The position numbers and the translations under genes were made by a program. 64,000 nucleotides of DNA from Oopsacas minuta (taxonomy: Eukaryota; Animalia; Porifera): contig JAKMXF010000324.1 in NCBI GenBank assembly GCA_024704765.1, forward strand, positions 62,001 through 126,000, given 5' to 3'. This document shows, piece by piece, positions 49,029 through 60,502 of the stretch; positions within the stretch are counted from its first letter, which is position 1, and each line of letters starts with the position of its first letter. The notes under the pieces are model-generated. The model made no database searches and was not told where the DNA came from. It saw only the letters and a program-made list of their open reading frames with translations.

Positions 49029-50058
49029 ATGCCTGCCAACGGTAAAGTAAAGAAAATCAAGAAGTCAAGAAGTTTCATAAAGAAATCTGGGAGTTCGAGG
49101 GATAGCGGATTGTCTCAATATATTTTGAACAAAAGTCAGGAGAATATTCTTGAGAGTTCAGTGAAATTTTCTAGAATTCCAGAGGAGGGTGTCGAGATCC
49201 AATTGGACAATTCATTTAATTCCTTCAGAAAACAATTGGTGAGTAAACAAAAATACAAACAAATACTTTAGACGTTTAAAAACTGAATTTAAAATATTTT
49301 AATTCACGAAAACTATCAAAAACTGTCGGAATTTTATCGCAAAACTAATCGGAGATTTATCAATATGGAACTATTGTAAGAATCACTAGAAATATGTCGC
49401 CATTAGATACGAATTGAAATGAAGGAATTTAGCTCTTTTCATAGAATTTTCCTAACACGTGAATACATATGTTAACAATTACCTTATTTAGAATGACATC
49501 AAACAACAAAATTTGGAAATTCTCCACCAATTCGCTACTTTGGAGCAAGATATCGACAATATGCGATACATCCAAGAGTCACAGTACTACTATCAGTGTA
49601 CCAATTTGGTACAAGAGGATAACAAGGCCACTAAACACACGAAAACACCTTCACTTATTAATTCCAGTTGTTCGAGCTTGTTGTCAAGCAATTCTTCATC
49701 AGAAAGTTTCGGTGAATTGTTTGATGAGAATATGAATTCGCCGATTGAAGCCCAACCCACTATCGGTTTTGACACACGGAGAGAAAAGCCACAAGACACA
49801 ATTGGAACCTACAATATACCAACAAAATATAACACCCTCTCAAGGATTAATCATAAACACCAACGGTCAAATAGTTCTGATGAAGATCAATCCGTCTCAA
49901 GACCGTCGTCCGCAACGTCTGGGTCTATAAACGAAGCGATCAAACGGCGGAACCCTCCGATCTTTAGGCGATCCAGTTCGATACGATGTGGATTCTCAAC
50001 CGAAGTTGTTTCAAAATTATCCCAAAACCAAACCAACGAACATGTGACGTGTTTATGA
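49029..50058 (+). CDS. LURAP1/FAM89-like leucine-rich adaptor, 2 exons, 258 aa
   Basis: Exons 49029-49238 and 49492-50058. LDNSFNSFRKQLNDIKQQNLEILHQFATLEQDI parallels the LURAP helix. C-terminus VTCL* is a class I PDZ ligand. Confidence 0.6.
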
Positions 50059-51677
50059 ATCTTTCGAGTTGTAAATAAATACCCAAATATTTTGGAAATC
50101 AAATATTTGATTACTTAAAATGTTTAATTCAGATATCGAGCTAGAATATTTGTTGATATATTGTAAATTTTCATAAACAAATGAAACATATTTCAATAAT
50201 AAACAATTCTAATTCAAATAATTAAATAAACTTACAATTATAAGAAGGACCAGTAGAGGAAGACGAATTCGGATTTTTAAGATACGATAATTTTCCTCAA
50301 ATCAGTGTTTCCCAAATTCTCATGTCTCACATTATTAGAAAACACCTGACCACACACTGGCCACTTTTGTGCAACTTTGGTCAAAGGGCTTTGGAATATC
50401 TGTCAGGGCAAGATTGGCTCAAGTTGAAAAACTCTGACATAGACAAGCGGGGCAATGAAATAAGCGTGACGTGAATAGTTTAGATGAATAAAATTCTATT
50501 TTTGTCTGTGCACAGGGTCTCTAGGGTCACCTACTACCCTCTAAACGTGGACACCATATGCAAATTTAAACACATTCTATGGACCCTCCCATAGACTGCA
50601 ATAGATCCTGTAGCCCTCTGCTGTCGTCCGCAGGCCACCAAGGGGTAATTGGACCCCAGGTTGGGGACAGCTGCCCTTGAATATGCACTAACGAAATTCT
50701 TATCAACGAATCAAATATCAGAGTTACTGCATGCGCCAGACATGAATGTGATTGGTTGAAATCGGAATTATCATCAACAAAACAATAACAACAAATAAAT
50801 ATTGTATAATATCATAAATAAACAATAATAATTACACAATAATACATATGGAATTACCTCAGTGAATCTGGGTTTGACGCAAATAGCAATATTGCACCTA
50901 CAGTGATTCTTAATCAGATTTATATAACTTGATGAAGTAAATAGGTGTTAACATGTGGAACTATCAATCGTAGTTACACAAATCTTGTCAGAGAAAGGGA
51001 CTTGTGTAATTTTGAAGCCTTTCACGTCAAAAAATAATTGAATTTTAGTAAAATCTCTAGACAATTAAGAGGTGTTAATATCAAGTAGTTTGCTTCAGCC
51101 AATGAGATCAGAGAGTTCAGGTAAATGTAACTTGATATAAACCCTGTAATATGATTGGCTACAAGCAATGCTAACAAATTCATGGAAAATATTATAGAAA
51201 TCCGAATTTCCACAGAAAAAGCAATAATGGCTGTAATGTTGGGAATATTGTCACCTGCATATGTGGAAACCAATAATATGTAACATATTGTGTTAACACA
51301 TTTTATGTACTAATTTCAATTATCATAAAAGAGATTAGATTAAGTAATTAACATAAACTAGTGTTAGAAAATTGAATAAGAATTAGCACATAGGCTTTAG
51401 AAATACCAATTGCAGAGATATATCTCCAAGCAAATTCTTGATAATTAAATGACACAAATATGGAATATAAATCGGCTTCTTTGGGGTGTGAAAAATGGCA
51501 GGAATTTGAGGAACACCTATCCCAAATAGTGGCACAAGTGGTGGAGGAGCAAAGAGTATTCAAAAAATTTTGTTTACAAATCAAAACGGAGTGTCGAGCA
51601 GTTGTATGTCTAGATGAAAGACAATTGTCTAGCGACGCCATTTAGGTACAGATTAAACTTAACACATTGATCCATAA

Positions 51678-51880
51678 ATCCGCTCAATATGATAAGCGCC
51701 AAAATTTGCTATATTTAGGCGGGCAAAATCGGAAATCCTTCACAAAAGAGGCGCAGAATCAAAATTTAAGCGCCTAAATTAATATTTTAGGCGCGTATAT
51801 TGGAAATCAAAATTAAAGCGCTTAAATTGGATATTTTAGGCGCGCAAATACCTAATTTCTACACAAAAGATGCGCGTAAT
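51678..51880. repeat. Degenerate array of GCGC-cored palindromic units
   Basis: Repeated aaatcaaaatt(t/a)aagcgc(c/t)taaatt..atattttaggcgcg. Related arrays at 19716-19850, 26570-26660 and 46330-46415. Confidence 0.7.
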
Positions 51881-54800
51881 AAATTAATCATCAAATCTCG
51901 TTTCCAAAACAAAATCTTAATATTACAAAATGTCCAGTAAATATCTGCTTACTATATTATTAACCTAGAACTACACAGATTAGTTCCTGATTATTTGAAC
52001 TGTAGAGGACGAAATAAGCTATCGTGGCATACTTAAGCCACCATGCCACATTTTATATGACCACATTAGACTATTAATTCTGAATATTATTAATTGTCAT
52101 GTGTTTTACAGAGGAAATCTGGTCTGTGAGTAGGTTTTATACGAGTCAGCATATTGTATGTATATTATAGCACTATATTGTTCATACGAATCTAGAGGAA
52201 CAGTTTATACCATATGTACCTCAGGTGACAAAAGTGAGGGGTGAAGGCTGAATGTACATGTTACTATTTGCTTATAAACAAAGTGGAAGCTTTCCTTCTC
52301 ATAAATCGCAACATTTTTTACCATATACAAATATATCCAATGTGTAGAAGCTTTGAAAATTACGACAATGCAGTTACAGATAAAGAAATATCAGAAATCA
52401 TATGACGACAACTACAGCCATATGGAATGCCAATTTAAAGCAGACAAATGAATACATTAATTACTCATTTGGTATAGCCATAAGGTGTGCCAAATTAGTT
52501 ATTATTGTATTCATCAGTATGATTGTAAGAATTGAAATATGTAGAGATTTGTTACAATGGATTTGGGGAAATGTGAGGTCATTATTGAAGACAAGAAGAG
52601 AATTTCTCAGGGAGCAGGAGGGCAGATATCTAGGCGCCAAATAGATATCATGGAAGTAAAGTTAATGAAACAAGTTAATGAATTTGTTTTAAATATTTAT
52701 TACGTTTTGCCAGCTGTTTCGTGACATTTTTACTTACCAATTCAAGAGGAGATTGTTTTAAGTGTCAAATTGGACTTCAATATGGAACTAACCTTTAAGA
52801 CTAACAATTAGTGCCATATAATACTGAGACACCGTGAAAATCGTAAATATATACTATACTTCCAATTTCATTTTGTTAATTGAATTTTGCTAGACAAACA
52901 CACATACCATCTACGATCTACCTAGCAACAACAATCTACGTCATTGTATATTGGATGACAAATATGTATATATAATCTCATAAAGATGTGTGTATGACAT
53001 AGATACCATAATACATGAATGGAATTTGATTAATAATAATTGTGTTTTCTAATTATTAAAATGCAATTCTGGACAGTCAACAAAAATATTAATAATATGA
53101 AGACAACAAAATAGGGTGCAAGGACCCCAGTTTGGAACAGGGGTGTTAGGCGGGCACCTAAAGTGCTAGTTCATCAGCCATGAAGAACACCATATGTTGT
53201 CCTCCCAGGAGAGTCTCTGCAAGACGAAGCAGAGTTGGAATCAGATCCACTTTTCAGAACCCGACCCGAACCCGAAGTGTGAATAAGTGTAGCTATTACC
53301 TGAAATTCCTCTAAAATATAAGTTTTGTTGACATTTTAACTAATATTAGTCAAATAAGTTTTCTTTTGATGTCTTTCAGCTGAATATAAAATCTCCAGCC
53401 CCTCCACTATTTCTGGAGAAGTAAAGTTCTCCGCTCAGTGAGTGTTAGTCCACAGGATGAGAAATCACGTTCTGATTGTGCCGCAAACAAGAGTAATTAA
53501 AAAAATACGCACAAAGTTCGAACTGATCAACTTCGAACCCCACACGACCTGAGACGAAGTGACTGTTCAGAATTCCTATATACAATGGGCTCTCCGAATA
53601 ACTAACAAGTTGAGGACATGGCTTCTGTCCGTTGTAGAGAATTGTCCGTTTTGGGAGACTCCACTATAATTACCCCACTGCTGTCGTCAGCGGAGTACCA
53701 AGAGGTCAAAGGACACCAGGTTGGGACGCTTGATATCTAAGCTATGAGTGAGTCATAAACATCAGCGAGACAGTAATTTATCTTACATATTTGTGCAATA
53801 TGCCATGTGGCATTCTATTCAGGTGCCAGGAAGACGCAACCAAAACACCTTTTGTTTAATAAATTGCATCATTTTAGAATAAACTTTGAGGTAGCAAATT
53901 CCCCGCCCATTTGATGTTTCTTATTCATATGTATAATTGTTAGTCAGCTGTATTTCTTTGAGATAACCTTTATAACATAAATATGGAAATATAATACTTA
54001 TGCAATCTAATTAGCCAGACACCTGAGAAATCCTAGGAATATTAGATAGGGAACGTTACGTAACACTACAAGGAGAGAGGGTGTCAAAATGGAGGTTACG
54101 TCACGTTTGAATCGTCCTTAACTCCTGTGAGATTTTGATATTTCTCGGATATTTTCGGCAGTTACAGAAATACCTTGAAATGTATGGATTTTCATTGTTT
54201 TGCTATATTTCTGGATATTTTCGGTGTGTAATGAGGGACAAATTCAAAAACCAGAGATGTAGCACTGATTTGAATGTCCGCCCCGCCCATACACCAGGTG
54301 TTGGGGATCAAATATCCAAAGGTTCGAAAACATAAGGATCATTTGACCCCTGGGGTGAGATCATATAATTTATCCTCTTAATATTCTAAAAACACTTTAA
54401 TTATCCAAACTGATAATAAAATCAATTCTGATAATAATTAAATTCCATAGAATTATATTACATACCTCAAATATTTGAGTATCCTAGCAACCAGATATCT
54501 AAAGGTATGTATGTATTATCATGGTATTTACAAGTTTACTAATTCTCTCTCGAACTTTGGTATTCAAAGAATGTGAAAAGTTGAACCTAGGGGAACACCT
54601 ATATGACCCACATGGGTCTATTTTGTACCCCTATGGGTGCATTTGTTACCCTCGAGGAAGAGTTATGACATTTTAAGAGTGTTGAAGGATCTAGCATTTT
54701 CAATAATATATCGGCAAAGTCCACAATATACATTTATTAATTCGATTATAACTTTCCTTAATTGGTAGACTAATTCGATTAAGAAACGAGAAATACTGTA

Positions 54801-55806
54801 TTTGTGGAATTTGTCGATTCCGTGTGAATACTGGCAGAAATATGTAAAGCTGTAATTTTATTGGTCAATTCACTACAATAATACACAAGTAGATATAAAT
54901 ATTCCAATTTTATTGGTCAAATTTCGAAGCATTTTATTGGTCAATTCATTCCTAATATATCAATAAAACACTGCAATCCTATTGGTCAAGGTATTATATT
55001 TGCGAGTAGGAATTTCAACTTAATTGACCAGTAGAATGCGAGCTTTACAACAATACGAAACTCAGTCTAAACATAGACAAACAATATGAAAATTAATTTC
55101 AAATATATTCGGAAATAATTAATTTTGTGTGATTTGATTGAGTTGTAATTCTCAAATCAAATCCACAGACTCTCCATACATAGTTCCATAAGCATTCCTA
55201 ATTACACAATCAGTTGCTATGTACTTTGAATGATACAATGAATGTCTAGACACAGAACATATGGGGTAATACATCATTCAAAAAACCAATACGTAACAAA
55301 TCTGAGAGGGAGAAGATATCATTGTACCTATCTCAGAGAGTTATAGATATTTCTCCTAGATATTTGAAAGGGCCTCTAGATATATAACATTCTACACTCA
55401 TGCCAATTTTCAAGTTTGTAGCTCTTACCAGTTCTTCAGTCAACTTGGACAAATATCGAATATATAATTATCAGAGAACAGGGTCAAATAGTAATACCAA
55501 TGATAAGAATTCCAAAATTAATCTACAACCATATAAGTAAATAGGAACTAAACTGTAATCAATAGCTAAGAGGTAAATTTTGCACCTTAGCAACCTGATC
55601 ATGCTATTGGAATTTATGGAGAATGTGTAATTGTTGTTCACATGGATTAGAGATTTCTAATGATTTAGTAAATTCTAATAATATTGATTTGAAAGAAATA
55701 TGATTCTGTCGCGAGGGTCAATTTTTAAGAATTTGGGACAAAACTGGATATGGTGCTTGAATATTGCCCATCTTCAATGATCGCTTCCCTCCTCTGAGGG
55801 GTGTAG

Positions 55807-56708
55807 CCAAATACCAACGAGGTAACCATGGAAACTGGGACATAACACGTCACAGAAGCACATTAGGGAGTTGGTGAATATATTCATGTATTGGAGAAAG
55901 ACAAATTGAAAAATCTTGAAAGGAATTGAGAAGTTTGTAAGCAAATATGTAAGCAAATATGTAAGAGACACCACAAGAGCTTAACTTCTATTAAGCTGAT
56001 GTCTGCAATAATTATTTGCATCAAAAACAGTTCTCGAATTGTTAATGAGAAATCTCAGCTTAGATAACCAAATTCTAATACTTGATAATAATGTGACTTA
56101 TACAAGTCTAAAGGTGTTAAAATCTCATATTTTGTTACATGTGTATAGTGTGAAGTAGTAACGTCAAAAATTGAAGAAAGACAAAATGAAGAATCTTGAA
56201 AGGATTAGCAAATATTAAAAGTCACTACAAGAAATATTTGTGTAACCATGGCAACATCTGTATTATGACCATTGTAATTATTTCCAAATTGTCACGTTAG
56301 AAAGCATAAAAACATATTGTTTGTATTACACAGTGTTAGTTTCAGATTGTTTGAACTTTGTGCGAAGGAAAATTTGTTGTTTATTAGAGAGAATGTAAGT
56401 TCATATTACAAACTTGTTTAGTAAACAAATATTACTTATTATTATATCACAAAAGTATACAATAGATATTATCAATAAAATATTAGTTCAACTTTATAAC
56501 AATTGTCTAATTATTGTTAACAAATAGATTGTTAAGAGGTTACTTAATATTGAAATTTGTACTTTCATACTTTGGTCATTTTAGCGACACTTATGATTGA
56601 TTGGGTCCTGGTCAAAGGCTCGGCCAAATACCAACGTGGTAACCATGGAAACTGGGACTTAACACCTCACAGAAGCACGTTAGGGACTTGGTGAATAGAT
56701 TCATGGTA
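55807..56708. repeat. Dispersed direct repeat of about 85 bp (55807-55890 and 56625-56708)
   Basis: ccaaataccaacg.ggtaaccatggaaactgggac.taacac.tcacagaagcac.ttaggga.ttggtgaata.attcatg occurs in both copies. Confidence 0.9.
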
Positions 56709-57305
56709 TACCCCCATCCTAAAGGGTGCTAAAATATGAATAATCGCCCCGTTGGCAAGTATACATCGATAAAACAAACACAAACAAGTTCAAGATAAAT
56801 AACAACAGATTCCGCGTGCATATAGAAAGAACAATAATAAATAAGTATCTGTAAGTGACAAGTGTACACCAAAATGTATGTGCACCCATGGGTATCAATT
56901 TAATCCTCCGAATACACCCCTTTGGGCTTGACAGTTTCTTTTTATTCCTTTGACTTTCTGGTGGGCCAATTCACGGGCAACAACATCTCGTTTATATAAT
57001 ATCCAAGATATTTGCTGGTTGTAATTTCTGATGAGCTGTTCTTCTCCTGGATACCTAATGGGTAGAATAGAATGTGATACTAATAATAGAATTTGAGTAG
57101 TAATTAACAAACCACTTACCAATTAATATATGCATTAGTTGTTAGTATTAATAAGAAAAACAAATTCAATTTGTTTATTTGTTTACATTAAACCATAATT
57201 ATTGAAATATGTTATATGTGTGAACTGCCAAACGCAAGTCAATAGGACCAAAGCCATTCCTCTATAAGTTATACTCATATTATCACACCTTTTCTCGCAT
57301 TCCTG

Positions 57306-60085
57306 ATGGTTAGTGCCGTTGCCAGATACTGTCTCTACATTCTATTATACATACCTCTTGAATTGGTATATATTATTCTATTCGTAAACATGTTTATTTA
57401 CCATCTCATTGTTTACATTATTGATATATACTATTACGTCAGTCAGAGGGAAGCAAGACTTCAAGGTAAACAATTTTTATATTAGTAAACAAAAACAAAT
57501 GTAGTGTAGACTCAGGGATAAGTAGGGGCTGTCCCTGTACAAGTACCAACCGTGAGTCTAAAATTAGAACAGAGCCAATATGTTACCGTGCAAAAGGTGT
57601 CATCCATGAGAGTCCATACACCACAACAAGTGACCAGCATTTGTAGCAATAACTTGTATCAAGAAACTGTAAAAATTGGTCTAATTATGGAAACTATTAT
57701 CACTACTCGTCAATTTTGTAATAGGCCTGTTATAACCAGCATATAGAGAGTAATAGGTTGGCCGTCTATGAGAGTCCCTACAAGAAATAGCACTTCCCCA
57801 GAAATTCTAGGATAAACGTAACGGCCTCTTTAGCTAGGATAATAAGCATACTTGCCAACTTGAGTGAAAGGAAACGCGGGACATCGCGGGACGTAGCATA
57901 TTTGTATTAGACTGTGACTACAAAAAGTGGGACAAATAAGATTTTTAGCAAGTTTTGGCGGGACATTACCCTTAACACATTTCCGAAATGCGGGACAGTT
58001 GGTAACTGAGTATAGTTAATATTTCTACACCCTCTAGGTCTGCCATATTCAAAGGTTGTTAATTATCAAGAGAAGTTGTTCTACTGGTTAGAATCTGAGA
58101 ATAATCACAGTTATAATACTCTTATCAGTAAGTTAGGCAAGAAAATAAAATTTGAAGATTGGAAGAATACATTTAATGAAAGAATATTGAATGGAATTGA
58201 TAAAAACGGCGAAGCACTTTTCCCAAAATTCAGACAGGTAATTGTCTCCATTATCCTCCAGTATTGATCTACGAAAAACATACAGCCATCTCCCGTTTAT
58301 ATCAAACACGGATATATCAAATTGCCTGCTAATATCTAAGCTCAAGGGACCGTGATAATTACTTTGATATAACCGATGGAACATATGTTACTTTGACGGT
58401 TTGGGACCATATTTGTATACTTTAAGACTGCGATATGAGCGGGTATTTCTATATATCCGTGTTTGATATAACTGGAGTTGACTGTAATATCGTCTTTGTA
58501 TTTATCCAAAGGGTATAGGTCAAGAAATCAGTGATAAATTGTAATCTCATGCCTCAAAATGTGCTGGCCTTTCAAAAACACAGATTTTGATTGTAAATAC
58601 ATGTAACTCCAATTATATCAAACACGGATATATAGAAATACCCGCTCATATCGCAGTCTTAAAGTATACAAATATGGTCCCAAACCGTCAAAGTAACATA
58701 TGTTCCATCGATTATATCAAAGTAATTATCGCTGTCCCTTGAGCTTAGATGTAACGGGAGTTGACAATATAACACACTAGGTGATACAGAGTGGTTTGGT
58801 GTTCGATACTTGGGGATATGAAGGCGAAATTAATATAGAAAATCACTCAAGAGAGATAGAACTTAATCTCAGTAGAGATGGTGCAATAGAAGAATACTTG
58901 GGGCAGCTAGAGAGTGTGCCCTTACCAACCAAAAGACCAGAATGGCATTTATACTTCGTGAGTGATCCTAATATTGAAGATTATTGCTACATTATATGGA
59001 GGTAAGTTTTAACTGAGAATAAAATGATAGACAACTTTGACCAGCTGGATCATATTAAATATACCCAAAAAGGTGTGAAAATCGTGACTAGTGGCGCGTG
59101 TCATATGTCAAAACCACTTGTTTACACACGTTGACACCTTCCCCATAGACTGAAATGCAAATTATAAAGGCTTATACAAAAATCTACTTATAGACTCAAT
59201 CATTCTCTCGCTGATGGAATATCAACTTGGAAAGTATTTCTAAAAACCTGTGATGTTAGCCACAAAGATGAATTAGAACCCAACCGACTGGCGGCACTTC
59301 AAGTACCTTACTGGCGGCGGACTTTAGCAAAAATACAGACATTCTTTGCTTTGCCAGTTCTGGCAATTGATATTCGTCTCTTCATCGCTGAATCAGATAG
59401 AAAATACACAAATAGTACCACAGGTGTCAAAAAAATAGCATGGACGAATAAACTTGATTTCGAGAAAATACGTTTAGTAAAAAAGAAAACAAAAACTACT
59501 GTAAATGATGTACTCATGTCCTTAGTTACCGAATCGTTAAGGAGGTATTTCACAATTCACCCACACGGAGACATTATAAAAAGCAAAATCATTTTTGGCT
59601 CAGGAATGGCAATAGAAGGAACCATGGATAACGACGTACTAACTAATAACGTGTTGGGCATATGTATTCGGTTCCCAGCACACATTGAAGGGGTCTTCGA
59701 GCAATTGAAGGTTATACATAGAAATATGAATATTATGAAGTTTGGTCTTTGGCCGTGGTTTTTCAGCATGACCCTCAACTCGATGCTCGCATTACCAATT
59801 CCTAGTTCAGTGAAAATGAATCAAATAAAAATATTAACAGTCTTAGGGGTATACTCAAATGTCCCTGGTCCAACTTCAATTTTACAGCACAACGGTGTGT
59901 CTTATGAAGAATTGTATGGAGTAGTCATGACGTCATGGGATCAGTCTATGAGTTTGGTATTTTCTAGTTATAGAGGCAGTATGCACCTAGCTGTTAAAAT
60001 TGATACAATATTGATGGAAGATCCGAATGAATTCGTTAATATGATTCCTCAGGTGTTAGAAGATATGTATAAGGAATTGTGTTAG
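57306..60085 (+). CDS. WS/DGAT-family O-acyltransferase, copy 1, 4 exons, 490 aa
   Basis: Exons 57306-57465, 58038-58237, 58781-59001, 59194-60085 (1473 nt). N-terminal TM segment; motifs NHSLADG, TVNDVL, SNVPGP. Confidence 0.88.
58281..58766. mobile_element. Two family-A MITEs in inverted orientation in one intron
   Basis: Arms 58334-58479 and 58605-58750 are reverse complements with 4 mismatches in 146 bp. Confidence 0.9.
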
Positions 60086-60133
60086 TGTTTGTTTGTTGTT
60101 TATTAAATAAAGAGTTCTACGATATTTCAGATG

Positions 60134-60249
60134 TACAGTGTATGCCGAATATAAGCACCACGGTTTTCATATATTCCTGTAAATGTATCTGGTTATAAGA
60201 ACCTGTATCGCTACTCCCAAGGGTGTTCTTATAACCAGCATACACTGTA
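60134..60249. mobile_element. MITE family D (TA-flanked CAGTGTATG TIR)
   Basis: tacagtgtatg...catacactgta. Homologous copies at 28536-28685 and 41377-41519 share gctactcccaagg(g/a)tgttcttata. Confidence 0.8.
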
Positions 60250-60502
60250 TTTACAACATCATTCATAAACTAGACAAGAGGTTTCCAACCTGGGGTCCAA
60301 GTTCCATATGGACCCCTGATGGTCCACGGAGGACAGCAGGGGGGCCACAGGATTTGGTCCAGTCTATGGGAGGGTGTGAACTAGACCAAGGATAATAGCA
60401 CTTTCAAATATTTCTGTCACATAATTCTGCAAAATAGGCTTTCATTTTGAGATATAAAAACTACAACAAATTTGAAACTGAAAAAAACTGTAGTTTGTTA
60501 AA

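Noticed and set aside
55774-56708. Selenoprotein suggested by an in-frame TGA conserved in both copies on the minus strand (PNVLL*RV / PNVLL*GV)
   Set aside because: At about 88% DNA identity a conserved triplet is expected by chance. No known Sec motif or SECIS was recognised, and a plus-strand exon reading explains the data equally well.
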